64,000 nucleotides of DNA, taken from positions 1 through 64,000 of the IMG/VR virus record IMGVR_UViG_3300025704_000015; one strand, 5' to 3'. Shown piece after piece: positions 49,974 through 60,202 of the stretch. Below the pieces are notes generated by a model. It was given only the letters and a program-made list of their open reading frames with translations, was not told the DNA's origin and searched no databases. The position numbers and the translations under genes are program-made. This stretch comes from a virus. The first letter of the stretch is position 1. Each line of letters begins with the position of its first letter.

Positions 49974-50897
49974 ATGAAGTCCTTTAAAGAATATATTGGT
50001 GAAGCTGCTAAAACACAAAAGCAGTTCATTGCTCACCTTGATAAAATGCCACCACTCAAATTTCTTGAACTTGCAAAACGTCTTGATAAAGAAATGGGCG
50101 GAGTTCTTTCAAAGGATAATGCTGAGATCAGAGAGAAGATGGATGGTTCAGCTCTTCGTATTGGTTTAGATGAGAAGGGGCGATTCTTTGCTCAAACTTC
50201 TACATCGCCTTCATTTTTTAACTTTGGCGATTTTAGAAAGCGTTTTTCTAAGCATGGTGAAGAAGCCGCACTTATGGGAGACAAGTGGGATGATATTTTT
50301 AAAATGATAAAGAGTGACTCCAAGGTTAATGCCATTCTTAAAAAGTATAATACTAAAAACGGTATTAAGGTTGTTGGAGAGATTATGTATCCTCCGCTTG
50401 GTATTGATTTACTTGATAAAATGCGATTTATTCGTATTGATTATGAGAAGAAAAAACTTGGTTCTGATTATACCTTCGTTCCTTTTTACGTTATGGATAA
50501 TGAAAATAACATACATCCAAAAGAAAAAGAAATCTTTAAAGAACTATACAAGATATCAAATTCTAAACGTAAATATGTCAATACCGTTGTTTTAAAGGAT
50601 AAAGACATTAATATTAAAACGGATTTGAGTATTGTAAACAACGATCTTGTTAAGAAATATAAAAATTTAAATGATATATTGGTATCAAGGAAGCATATAG
50701 ATCGTGAGTTAAAGGAAAAAATTAAAAACGAAATTTTACTTCTACAGCGTAAACTGGCCGCTAAAATTCTTTCATATGTTGATGGTGGTTTATTAGGAAA
50801 AGATTTTGAAGGTATTGTAATTAAACTCAGTGACGGATCACTAATCAAAATTATTTCTGATAAGTTTAAGAACACCACCTTTGATAAAAACCGCTAA
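49974..50897 (+). CDS. ATP-dependent ligase-fold nucleotidyltransferase (RNA-ligase-like) with CTS-like leader
   Basis: EKMDGS (I), GEI (III), FEGIVIK (IV), IKII (V). Confidence 0.65.
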   Translation: MKSFKEYIGEAAKTQKQFIAHLDKMPPLKFLELAKRLDKEMGGVLSKDNAEIREKMDGSALRIGLDEKGRFFAQTSTSPSFFNFGDFRKRFSKHGEEAALMGDKWDDIFKMIKSDSKVNAILKKYNTKNGIKVVGEIMYPPLGIDLLDKMRFIRIDYEKKKLGSDYTFVPFYVMDNENNIHPKEKEIFKELYKISNSKRKYVNTVVLKDKDINIKTDLSIVNNDLVKKYKNLNDILVSRKHIDRELKEKIKNEILLLQRKLAAKILSYVDGGLLGKDFEGIVIKLSDGSLIKIISDKFKNTTFDKNR

Positions 50898-50911
50898 TAA
50901 ATAATAATATA

Positions 50912-51817
50912 ATGCTAGCATATAAACAATTTTTAGAAAATAAACGGCAGCTGTCTGAAGGTGGTAACGCTGTTAAAGGAGTCGGACCGATTAATCAAGA
51001 GAATTCTATTCCTACATATAATAAAATTCTTAGTGAGTTTTTGCCAAAGCTTAAACTTAAAGATAAGCATGTAGCGAGTCTTGGCTCTACTGGTAAAAAA
51101 GGACCAAAGCAAACCTCAGGCGATATTGATATTGCTCTTGATGCTACCGAGCTTTTAAAATCAAATAAGATTGACACATATGCAGATCTAATGGATTTTA
51201 TTGTTGTTACAGTTAAATCTTTAGGATATGATTATAAAGATATGCGTAGTATTGGTATTGTTAGTATTGCATATCCAATTGTTAATGACGATAAGTTACA
51301 AGCAGATAAACTTGTTCAAGTAGACTTTATGGTTGTTGAAAATCTTAAACATGCAACATGGGCTTTTCACAGTCCTTCATATCTTGAGTCCAATCTAAAG
51401 GGTTTATATAGAAACGAATTAAACTTTGCTGTCGCTAAATATGCTGGATTTAAAGTAACTGAAAGAGACAAAGAAAGCAAAGAAGCCGTTACATGGCAGC
51501 GCTTTTGGTGGGATATTAAACGAGGCTTAAGTAAAGGAACACAAACTCGATTAAGTGCAAAGACTGGTAAAATTGTAAAAGGCACTAGACCGTTAACAAA
51601 AAACGATATTTCTGATGAGCCTGATGATATTGTTAAGTTCCTATATGGAGAGAAATATAAAGCAAGAGATATTTTAACTTTTGATGATGCTCTTAATGCT
51701 ATTATGAGTAATGATTTTCCTTATAAGAAACAAAGGAAGACTATTTTAAAAGCTGCATCCGAATCTATACAAAAGAAAGGCTTCCCTATTCCGAAGCAAA
51801 TGGCCAAATATATATAA
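50912..51817 (+). CDS. Pol-beta superfamily nucleotidyltransferase with CTS-like leader
   Basis: LGSTGKK...SGDIDIA and VQVDFM. Confidence 0.72.
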   Translation: MLAYKQFLENKRQLSEGGNAVKGVGPINQENSIPTYNKILSEFLPKLKLKDKHVASLGSTGKKGPKQTSGDIDIALDATELLKSNKIDTYADLMDFIVVTVKSLGYDYKDMRSIGIVSIAYPIVNDDKLQADKLVQVDFMVVENLKHATWAFHSPSYLESNLKGLYRNELNFAVAKYAGFKVTERDKESKEAVTWQRFWWDIKRGLSKGTQTRLSAKTGKIVKGTRPLTKNDISDEPDDIVKFLYGEKYKARDILTFDDALNAIMSNDFPYKKQRKTILKAASESIQKKGFPIPKQMAKYI

Positions 51818-51830
51818 CATATAACAAACG

Positions 51831-52526
51831 ATGGAAGAATTTCAAAAAAACGATATGGCTGAAGGCCGCTCATGGAAATCTATAGGACACTATACCGCAG
51901 ATGGTAAAGAGTGGGCTGGAGATCAACATGCGCATAATGGTCAAATAATGACTGGTAAGACGCATGATAAAAATAGTGTTTACTTATATCATTATAAAGA
52001 ATTATCTGCTGAAGTGAGAAAAAAAATCGATGCAGAAATTGAAGAAGCAGAAAAGGATTTACGCTTACGTGACCTTGAAGTTGTTGATCCAACCGATGGC
52101 AGTTGGGGCGATGAAATGGGCTTCTTAAATCGTCGATATATGAAACGTCATAATTCGTATGTTACTGAAGATTCCGAAGACGAATGCTATAGTGAAGCGT
52201 TAACCGCTATTCAACGAATTAAGCGTAGAGCGATAATGCGTAAAAGCAAAGCGGCTATTGCTCGTGGCCGACGTCGTTCTGAAAAGAAAAAACCAACACT
52301 TAAGGTAATGAAGAATAGAGCTTTGAAAGCTGCTAGGAACCTTTTATTTAAAAAGTTGGCGGGTCAACGATCAAAAGATGAGTTGAGCTTTTCTGAAAGA
52401 TCTAGAATTGAAAAGGTTCTATCAAAAAAACAAGGGAAGATCAAAGCGATTGCTAAAAAGATTTTACCAAAATTAATCCAAAAGGAAAAAGCGAAGCGTG
52501 CTAAAAAAGCAGCAGAAAAGAAATAA
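51831..52526 (+). CDS. hypothetical protein, highly basic C-terminal half
   Basis: 231-aa ORF in the late operon. Confidence 0.65.
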   Translation: MEEFQKNDMAEGRSWKSIGHYTADGKEWAGDQHAHNGQIMTGKTHDKNSVYLYHYKELSAEVRKKIDAEIEEAEKDLRLRDLEVVDPTDGSWGDEMGFLNRRYMKRHNSYVTEDSEDECYSEALTAIQRIKRRAIMRKSKAAIARGRRRSEKKKPTLKVMKNRALKAARNLLFKKLAGQRSKDELSFSERSRIEKVLSKKQGKIKAIAKKILPKLIQKEKAKRAKKAAEKK

Positions 52527-53329
52527 TGAAATCATTTAAAACATTTATTAAAGAAAAGGAAGTCAAAACATTGGTGACTACCTTTGGCCGTTTTAACCCG
52601 CCACATGTTGGACACGCCGTAAACTTTAAAGAGTTAGCAGCAGCAGCTAAAAAAGAAAAAGCGGATTATAGAATTTACTCTTCGCAGTCGCAGGACGCTA
52701 AAAGGAATCCATTAGGATATGAAGAAAAAATTAAATTTCTTAGAAAGCTTTTTCCTCAACACGCTCGTAGTATTTACTTAGACAAAAAGGTTAAAAACCC
52801 ATTTGATGTTGCTAAACAAGCTTATGCAGATGGTTATGAGAAACTTGTTATTGCGGTTGGGCCAGATCGTGCGAACGAATTTAAAGATATGTTATTGAAA
52901 TATAACAAAGAAGGTGGTATATTTTATTTTCCTGCCGGTATTGAAATTGTTGATACTGGAAAGGGTAAAAGGATTTCAAGCGCCACTCTTATGAGAAAGT
53001 CTGCAGAAAATAATGACCTTGCAACCTTTGCTAAAAATCTTCCTAAAACCTTTAAAGAAGTTGAAAAGTTATTTAATGCAGTAAGGAAAGGAATGGGTTT
53101 AAAAGAATCTACCAACTTCCGCAAACATATTGATATAAATCCAAATGAAGCGCGTGAGCGTTTTTTCAATAAGGAAATCTTTAATGAAAATGATAAAGTT
53201 ATAAGTATAAAGGATAATAAAACTTATACTATTAAAGAGCGCTTTAGTAATTACGTTAGCGCAGCTGATGGCACCACTATTAAAAAGTTTTTTATAACAG
53301 ATATAATCCCTATTAATGAAAACCCTTAA
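52526..53329 (+). CDS. HIGH-motif nucleotidyltransferase (cytidyltransferase/NMNAT-like) with CTS-like leader
   Basis: FGRFNPPHVGH, NPL, GPDR, ISSATLMR. Confidence 0.8.
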   Translation: MKSFKTFIKEKEVKTLVTTFGRFNPPHVGHAVNFKELAAAAKKEKADYRIYSSQSQDAKRNPLGYEEKIKFLRKLFPQHARSIYLDKKVKNPFDVAKQAYADGYEKLVIAVGPDRANEFKDMLLKYNKEGGIFYFPAGIEIVDTGKGKRISSATLMRKSAENNDLATFAKNLPKTFKEVEKLFNAVRKGMGLKESTNFRKHIDINPNEARERFFNKEIFNENDKVISIKDNKTYTIKERFSNYVSAADGTTIKKFFITDIIPINENP

Positions 53330-53459
53330 ACTTATAATTTTATCTAGCTATATTTTTATTGGGACGTCGTGTGTTCGTCCTCACTCAATAAACCTGCAAA
53401 TGGAACAACTTCCAGCCGAAGAATTAGAAACAACTTTAAACCTTAAATGGAAACTTTAA
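53316..53459 (+). CDS. 47-aa lipoprotein-like peptide (MKTLKLIILSSYIFIGTSC...)
   Basis: Read directly; signal-like N-terminus and Cys19; fills the intergenic gap. Confidence 0.45.
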   Translation: MKTLKLIILSSYIFIGTSCVRPHSINLQMEQLPAEELETTLNLKWKL

Positions 53460-53471
53460 CAAACAAATAAA

Positions 53472-55346
53472 ATGAAAAAACTAACAGATATTTTAGAAAA
53501 CAAAAATGTTATCTTAGACGAGAATAGCGACGCTAGCTTAGAAATCCTATTAAACGAAGCCGAGGCAAAACCGCCAGAAAATACTGACGTTGGTATTGTT
53601 CTTTCAAGACTATCAGATATGATTTCAATGTCAGATGATTTGTATGATACTGCATCTTCCCTTGAAGAAATTGATAAGGAAACCGCCGATACTGTTGAAT
53701 CCACATATAATTCTATTGATGAGTTATACGCGATGTTTGATGATAAGTATGATATCTTTAGATCTGATTTTGATATGGGAGATATTGAAATGGATGAAGA
53801 TTTCCGTATTAGTTTAGATGATCTATTAAATGAAGCAACTGATGAGTTATCAGAAGCATTTTTACGTTTGCCTGGCCATTTTATTAATAATGAATTATAT
53901 GGAGTAGAACGAGATCTTAATACTTTTATTAAGGGTTTGCAAAATGGTAATGATGTTAATATGAAAGAGCTTAATAAAATCATTAAGATATTACAAAGCG
54001 CTAAGAAGGAAGTTAAGAAATTCAATAAGCCTGAAGATGTTCCTGTTAGTTTTCAATATAAAAAAGAATCTATTGACATTAATGAGTATTTCTCTAAAGC
54101 TGACTTGAAACTTATTGATAAGATGTATGACAAGAAGGGTAACCTTACTCCATTCGGAAGAAAGGTAATGAATCATGGTAAGAAGCCAGGTGATAAAGGT
54201 TATATCGAAGAAGCAACCCGTCGAAACCAAGGGCTTACTGATTTATTCCATAACCTTGCTGCAGTTGAAAGACAACTACGTCCTAACAGCCCTATTCACA
54301 GGTTAGTTGAAAAGACTGCTGAGGGTAATTATACTGCAGAATTTAAGAAGATGCAAAAATTGGTTGCTCCTCTTGTTAAAATGTGGGATGACATTGAAGC
54401 GGACTTAGACACAGACTACCCTCGTGAATCTATTGAAGAAGCTGGAGGTGATTGGGTTGTCGTTGATTTAAATACTAAGAAGGTTACGTATGTTAAATCA
54501 TATGACGCTGCTTCAAAGTATGTGAAGAAGAACGGTGGAGTAATTGCAAGCGCTGAATATTATGTTGATAACAAAAAGAAGTTTGAAGATACCTCGTTTG
54601 AAGGAGAGCCTCTTGATGAAGCAAAACAAAAAACAATTGAGGAAGACAAGTATACTGATCTTGGTTTAAGCGTATCCCATACTCTAAACATGGCTCAAAC
54701 CTTTTGGTATAAGTTAGGCGGTAAAGCTCAAATTGATCAAAAGAAATATGCTAAGCTTGAAGCTGATTATGTTAAAAGAGGTAAAGTAAAAGTAAAGCTT
54801 GATGATATTGGTAAAGTTACATTCAAGAATGTAACACACCATCTGACATTTAAAGATAAGAGTAAAGCAATGTTCCACGTTTCTGATAAACCTGGCACAC
54901 CAACCGTAATCGGAAACTTCGATGCTCTTGGTGTTAACGGTAAGCGCGGTAATATGTTCCATTCTGCTATTAAAGATAGAGATCTTGATTTAACATTTAC
55001 AGAATCCATCGAAGAAGCCGTTTCTAGTTCAGCACTTTCCATTCTAAAGAAGGTCGGTTTTAAAGAAGCTCCAGTAGATAAGACAACAACAAAGGTCGTT
55101 AATTCTCTTTCTGGTAAAAAACTTAAACTGACTCAACTGTTTGGTATATCAATGCGAGCTGGTAAGTGGGCCGATATCTTTGTCGGGACTACCGAAGATG
55201 GCAAATATTTTGTGGTTGATCCATCTGGAACTACTATCTTTAATAAAGAATCTGAGTTAGTAACTGCTTTAAAGTCTGCCGCACTTGGTGAATCTATCAA
55301 CCATTTTTTAAAGGGTGGTAAAGACCTTAATGACATCGTTGGTTAA
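53472..55346 (+). CDS. multi-module putative internal head polyprotein
   Basis: Repeated L/I-x-E-A linkers (LLNEA x2, LSEA, IEEA, ESIEEA x2, LDEA) separate unrelated segments. Confidence 0.6.
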   Translation: MKKLTDILENKNVILDENSDASLEILLNEAEAKPPENTDVGIVLSRLSDMISMSDDLYDTASSLEEIDKETADTVESTYNSIDELYAMFDDKYDIFRSDFDMGDIEMDEDFRISLDDLLNEATDELSEAFLRLPGHFINNELYGVERDLNTFIKGLQNGNDVNMKELNKIIKILQSAKKEVKKFNKPEDVPVSFQYKKESIDINEYFSKADLKLIDKMYDKKGNLTPFGRKVMNHGKKPGDKGYIEEATRRNQGLTDLFHNLAAVERQLRPNSPIHRLVEKTAEGNYTAEFKKMQKLVAPLVKMWDDIEADLDTDYPRESIEEAGGDWVVVDLNTKKVTYVKSYDAASKYVKKNGGVIASAEYYVDNKKKFEDTSFEGEPLDEAKQKTIEEDKYTDLGLSVSHTLNMAQTFWYKLGGKAQIDQKKYAKLEADYVKRGKVKVKLDDIGKVTFKNVTHHLTFKDKSKAMFHVSDKPGTPTVIGNFDALGVNGKRGNMFHSAIKDRDLDLTFTESIEEAVSSSALSILKKVGFKEAPVDKTTTKVVNSLSGKKLKLTQLFGISMRAGKWADIFVGTTEDGKYFVVDPSGTTIFNKESELVTALKSAALGESINHFLKGGKDLNDIVG

Positions 55347-55384
55347 TCTCTAATAAGCCTTATATATAATTATATAAGGTTAAT

Positions 55385-55756
55385 ATGACAAAGGAAAATA
55401 AAAAATTAAATTTAAACAATTTCTCATTATACGCAGCTCAACATTATACTAATCCAAGAGTATTAAACGTTGACGAATTTTATGAAGATTTGAATAAATT
55501 TAAATATGTAAAAAAATTATTTACCAAATATAAAACTTCTGGCGACTTAAAAGAAAGATTAATATTAAATCATATAATTTCAATATATAATGTTTTTAAC
55601 ATTGAGGCGGCAACTAAAATGTGCTTTTTTAAAATGGATGAAGAATCTTATCCTGCGTTAAAAACATTCTTGTTATACTTAAACTATATTCAAGAGCATG
55701 AATTTATAAATATTCAATGTGATCTATACGTTGTAAAAAAACTAAATAAAATATAA
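55385..55756 (+). CDS. conserved T4-like hypothetical protein
   Basis: YAAQHYTNP, EFYEDL, LKERLILNHII, LKTFLLYL. Confidence 0.75.
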   Translation: MTKENKKLNLNNFSLYAAQHYTNPRVLNVDEFYEDLNKFKYVKKLFTKYKTSGDLKERLILNHIISIYNVFNIEAATKMCFFKMDEESYPALKTFLLYLNYIQEHEFINIQCDLYVVKKLNKI

Positions 55757-55761
55757 AACTA

Positions 55762-56343
55762 GTGGGATTCTTATTCAAAGCAGCCGATACATTTTTTGCC
55801 TTACGATTTTTAAGGTTATTAACCATGCCCTGGACAAAAACTGGAGCGTTTCAAAATGGTATTATAGACAAAGATGGTCGGGTAATTAAAAAGCCAGAGA
55901 CTCCTAAGGAAAAGGAAGTGTATAACTTGTTTCATAAATTAGTTTTTAATATTAAACGGTTATTAAATAAACTTCCATTTGGAAAATCAACTATTGCCAG
56001 TTATGCAGCCGGATTATATTTGATTAAGGAACATACCGGAATGTCAGAGCTATTAATGGGAGAGCTTCTAGAAGAAGCGTTTGGTTATAATCCAACAACC
56101 AATATTGATTTAAACGAAACCATTGAAGACTGCCAAATTCAATCTGGTAATTATATTTTAAATGAAAATTTGTTTTTTGCCAATGGCGATATGCTTGCTC
56201 CAATGGGAAATGCAACGCTGACAATTAATGAAAGCTCTACTAATATGATTGGAACTATATTTAATATTCCAATTTATAAAGCAAAGGATAATAAAACCGA
56301 CCAATTCGTTTTGGTTACCACTAACAACATAACAAAAATATAA
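55762..56343 (+). CDS. conserved T4-like hypothetical protein (GTG start)
   Basis: RFLRLLT.PW...GIID..G and FHKLVFNIKRLL. Confidence 0.72.
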   Translation: MGFLFKAADTFFALRFLRLLTMPWTKTGAFQNGIIDKDGRVIKKPETPKEKEVYNLFHKLVFNIKRLLNKLPFGKSTIASYAAGLYLIKEHTGMSELLMGELLEEAFGYNPTTNIDLNETIEDCQIQSGNYILNENLFFANGDMLAPMGNATLTINESSTNMIGTIFNIPIYKAKDNKTDQFVLVTTNNITKI

Positions 56344-56345
56344 AA

Positions 56346-56678
56346 ATGAATATTAACGAGACAAACGAAGATACGCCAAGTATGACGACATCTACTACAG
56401 CAACCACCGATGGAGGACCTTCTAAGAAAGGCTCATATAATCAATATAACCAAGGTGATAATTGGAAAATTTTTGATGTTGATACGGATTGCTTTGAAAA
56501 ATTTAGAAGTGGACGTAAGAAGTTCGAAAGATGGGCCCGATTTTTAAACATGGACAATGAAACACATAAATCAATTTATGACTATGCTTCAAAGCATTCA
56601 AAAAATACTATAGTTTTGCGTTGTTCAGAATCAGGCGCTCTTCGTGCAATCAGGCGTCGTTCTAGCAACGGTCTGTAA
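56346..56678 (+). CDS. conserved hypothetical protein
   Basis: 110-aa ORF in operon. Confidence 0.65.
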   Translation: MNINETNEDTPSMTTSTTATTDGGPSKKGSYNQYNQGDNWKIFDVDTDCFEKFRSGRKKFERWARFLNMDNETHKSIYDYASKHSKNTIVLRCSESGALRAIRRRSSNGL

Positions 56679-56791
56679 ATAACTACAGTTTGTTATTTAC
56701 AAATCGCTCAGTTATGATATAATTATACTATCATAACGAAATCAACCCGTGCCTGTAATAAGCACAAAACCACAAAACTATAGTAACCTAA

Positions 56792-57775
56792 ATGAGCAAT
56801 CCCACAATCTTTGATGAGCAGGTAAGCAGAAAGCCTAATCATTATCCATGGACCGAAGCCTTTATTGAAAGCATGCACAATGGCTTTTGGACTGATAAAG
56901 AATTTAGTTTTAAAAGCGATATCCATCAATTTAAAACGGTCCTAACCGAACAAGAACAAGAGATTATTATTCGTGATCTAAGCGCGATTGGTCAAATTGA
57001 AGTTGCTGTAAAAACATTTTGGGCTAAGCTTGGAGAGAACCTTCCACACCCATCTCTACAGGATCTTGGTTATGTTATGGCCAATACTGAGGTTATTCAT
57101 AACAATGCTTATGAACGTCTTATTTCTATTTTAGATATGGAGGATGTGTTTGAAGAAAATCTTAAATTAGATTTTATTCAAGGACGAGTTAATTATCTTA
57201 AGAAGTATACTCACCGGTTCTATAAAGATAGTAAAAAACAATACTTATATGCTATTACCTTATTTACTTTGTTTGTTGAGAACGTTTCGTTGTTTAGTCA
57301 ATTCTACGTTATTAACTGGTTTGCTCGTTATAGAAACGTTTTAAAAGACACTGATCAACAAGTAAAATATACTCGTAACGAAGAGCGTATTCACGCAATG
57401 GTTGGCATAAAAATCATTAATACTATTCGTGAAGAACTTCCTGAGTTATTTGATGAAGAACTTGAAGAGCGTATTGTTGCTGCAGCGCATGAAGCATTTA
57501 AAGCTGAATCTAAAATTATTGATTGGGTTGTTAATGGTATTGACGAAGAAGGTTTATCTGCTCCACTTCTAAAAGAGTTTATTAAGAATAGAATTAATGC
57601 AAGCATGGGTGATATTGGTTTTCAAAAGCCATTTGAAATTGACGAAAAATTGCTTGAATCTACTATGTGGTTTGAAGAAGAACTTCATGGTAATAATATG
57701 ACTGACTTCTTCCATAGCAGACCTGTTGAATATTCTAAAAAGAGCCAATCTTTTGATGAAAGCGACTTGTTTTAA
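56792..57775 (+). CDS. nrdB: class I ribonucleotide reductase beta subunit
   Basis: FW, EVIHNNAY, ENVSLFSQF, EERIH, DFF. Confidence 0.93.
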   Translation: MSNPTIFDEQVSRKPNHYPWTEAFIESMHNGFWTDKEFSFKSDIHQFKTVLTEQEQEIIIRDLSAIGQIEVAVKTFWAKLGENLPHPSLQDLGYVMANTEVIHNNAYERLISILDMEDVFEENLKLDFIQGRVNYLKKYTHRFYKDSKKQYLYAITLFTLFVENVSLFSQFYVINWFARYRNVLKDTDQQVKYTRNEERIHAMVGIKIINTIREELPELFDEELEERIVAAAHEAFKAESKIIDWVVNGIDEEGLSAPLLKEFIKNRINASMGDIGFQKPFEIDEKLLESTMWFEEELHGNNMTDFFHSRPVEYSKKSQSFDESDLF

Positions 57776-57796
57776 TATGTATATATAATTTAACAA

Positions 57797-59461
57797 ATGA
57801 TTGATAACGAATTAAACATTGAATGGCTAAATCGCGATTCTCGTAAATTTCTTGAAAGAGGTTACTTAATTGAAGGCGAAACACCAGAACAAAGGATGCG
57901 TGATATTTCTACTCACGCTGAAACACTTTTAGGTATTAAAGGGTTTGCTCTTAAATTTGAAGATTACTTACATAAAGGCTTTTATTCTCTTTCCAGCCCT
58001 ATTTGGAGTAACTTTGGTAGAACTCGTGGTTTACCTATTAGTTGTTTTGGATCTTATATTGAAGATACTCTTGAATCTATAACAGGCCATAAGCTTGCTG
58101 AAATTTCAATGATGACAAAACATGGCGGAGGTACATCTGCTTACTTTGGCGCATTACGTGGACGAGGCGCAAAGATTGGCGAAGATCAAGGGACAAGCAC
58201 AGGCGCTGTTCACTTCATGGAACTATATGATAAGTTGATGAATGTCGTATCACAAGGGAATGTCCGCCGTGGATCCTTTGCAGCATATCTTCCAATTGAT
58301 CATCCAGATGTTGAAGAGTTTCTTAAGATCAGAGGAGACGGCCATGAGATTCAAGATATGTCAATTGGCGTTTGTGTATCAGACGACTTTATGAAAACAA
58401 TGGTCGAAGGCGACAAAGAGAAACGTCGTATCTGGGGATTGGTTATCAAGAAACGTTTTGAAAGTGGTTATCCATATATCTTCTTTACGGATAACGTAGA
58501 AAATCAAAAGCCACAAGTTTATAAAGATAAAGATAAACACATCCATGCAAGTAACCTTTGTAATGAAATTTACTTAAGTGCTGATAAAGATGAAAGTTTT
58601 GTATGTAACCTCAGTTCATTGAACTTAGAAAAATGGGATGAGATTCAAGAGACTGATGCTATCGAAACATTGATTTATTTCCTTGACGCAGTAATGACAG
58701 AGTTCATTGATAAAACCGAAGGAATGCCATTTATGGATTGCGCCAGAAGATTTGCTAAAAACCAACGAGCTCTTGGATTGGGTGTATTGGGATGGCATAG
58801 TTATCTTCAATCTAAAATGATTGCATTTGAAAGTCTTGAAGCTCAGTTACACAATACTCAGGTATGGTCAACGATTCGAACAAAGGCTGATAAAGCAACT
58901 GCCGAACTTGCTGAGATATTTGGTGAACCTAAACTACTTGAAGGTTATGGTAAAAGAAACTCAACGACATTGGCGGTTGCTCCAACGACTTCTTCTAGCT
59001 TTATTCTTGGGCAAACCAGTCCAAGCATTGAACCACTTAATAGTAATTACTTTACAAAGGATTTGGCCAAGGGTAAATTCACATTTAAGAATTCACATCT
59101 AAAAGAATTACTAAGACAAAAGGGTATGGATACTCTTCAGGTTTGGAAAGACATCTTAGAGCACGGCGGATCTGTTCAACATATTGAAGGATTAACCGAA
59201 GAAGAAAAGGACGTATTTAAAACGTTCGGAGAAATAAGCCAAAGAGAGATTGTTCTTCAGGCAGCTCAACGCCAACAATTTATAGATCAAGGACAAAGTT
59301 TAAATATTATGATTCACCCTAAAGCGAAACCAAAGGACGTAAACGAACTAATGATATTTGCATGGGAGAATGGGATTAAAGGTATGTACTATCAACGAAG
59401 TGCAAACCCTGCTCAGGAACTGGCTAGATCGTTAATGACATGCAAAACGTGCGAAGGATAA
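57797..59461 (+). CDS. nrdA: class I ribonucleotide reductase alpha subunit (short, no ATP cone)
   Basis: PISCF, SQGNVRRG, SNLCNEI, VCNL, APTTSSS, YY, C-terminal CKTCEG. Confidence 0.95.
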   Translation: MIDNELNIEWLNRDSRKFLERGYLIEGETPEQRMRDISTHAETLLGIKGFALKFEDYLHKGFYSLSSPIWSNFGRTRGLPISCFGSYIEDTLESITGHKLAEISMMTKHGGGTSAYFGALRGRGAKIGEDQGTSTGAVHFMELYDKLMNVVSQGNVRRGSFAAYLPIDHPDVEEFLKIRGDGHEIQDMSIGVCVSDDFMKTMVEGDKEKRRIWGLVIKKRFESGYPYIFFTDNVENQKPQVYKDKDKHIHASNLCNEIYLSADKDESFVCNLSSLNLEKWDEIQETDAIETLIYFLDAVMTEFIDKTEGMPFMDCARRFAKNQRALGLGVLGWHSYLQSKMIAFESLEAQLHNTQVWSTIRTKADKATAELAEIFGEPKLLEGYGKRNSTTLAVAPTTSSSFILGQTSPSIEPLNSNYFTKDLAKGKFTFKNSHLKELLRQKGMDTLQVWKDILEHGGSVQHIEGLTEEEKDVFKTFGEISQREIVLQAAQRQQFIDQGQSLNIMIHPKAKPKDVNELMIFAWENGIKGMYYQRSANPAQELARSLMTCKTCEG

Positions 59462-59467
59462 AATAAA

Positions 59468-59668
59468 ATGACAACAGACAAATATAGATGTATTAAGTGT
59501 AAAATTTCTTACGACGTCTTTTGGGACGATCATGTTGAGATTTATTATTCAGGAGTAGAAGACACTGACGAAGACATCAGTGACTTAACTGAATGCCACG
59601 AACCTGAGCATTGCCCATTCTGCGGATCTCACCTTCATGACGATATGGTTAGTGATTTTGATGAATAA
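59468..59668 (+). CDS. small zinc-ribbon protein
   Basis: CIKC and CPFCG. Confidence 0.7.
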   Translation: MTTDKYRCIKCKISYDVFWDDHVEIYYSGVEDTDEDISDLTECHEPEHCPFCGSHLHDDMVSDFDE

Positions 59669-59730
59669 ATGCATTTTCCTCTTATTTTAAGGAAAGCTGG
59701 GGTATAATATCCCATTATTATTTGGTCTTC

Positions 59731-59815
59731 AAACCCTTATTCTACGGGGGTTCCAGAACAAAATGCACATTTTGTGAATTATTTTATTTACAAATGTGCC
59801 TTTTTATGGTATAAT
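59731..59815 (+). promoter_or_regulatory. early promoter with conserved upstream element (copy 2)
   Basis: Near-identical to 20808-20869; TTTACA at 59787 and TATAAT at 59810. Confidence 0.85.
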
Positions 59816-59861
59816 ATAACTACAGAGAGGGACACCAACCAACCCGATCAACCACCACAAA

Positions 59862-60086
59862 ATGTACAAATACACTTATACCGAACACCAGCAGAATCCC
59901 CCTTCACTTGGAGGCGATTGGGAATGCGGCACCGAGACCACGATCTGCTTCTCAAGAAGCCCAAAGAAGGCATGCAGCCTTAAGGGTATCGTTTCCCGCA
60001 AATTCGAGGGCGCTGACGGGTGTCCAATCATGAGCTCCGAAAAGCTCGAGTTTAACGGTAAGGTCATTTTCGATCGCACTCACTAA
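59862..60086 (+). CDS. early hypothetical protein
   Basis: First ATG downstream of the early promoter. Confidence 0.6.
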   Translation: MYKYTYTEHQQNPPSLGGDWECGTETTICFSRSPKKACSLKGIVSRKFEGADGCPIMSSEKLEFNGKVIFDRTH

Positions 60087-60101
60087 TAACCAAAAACGAC
60101 C

Positions 60102-60182
60102 ATGATTCATATAGCCGAACTTTTTACCGCCATTCTCATCCTCGCCGCATCATTCATTACTTTGATCGCTTTCACGGCCTAA
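60102..60182 (+). CDS. 26-aa single-TM peptide
   Basis: MIHIAELFTAILILAASFITLIAFTA read directly. Confidence 0.45.
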   Translation: MIHIAELFTAILILAASFITLIAFTA

Positions 60183-60202
60183 CCACAACCAACTAATATA
60201 TT

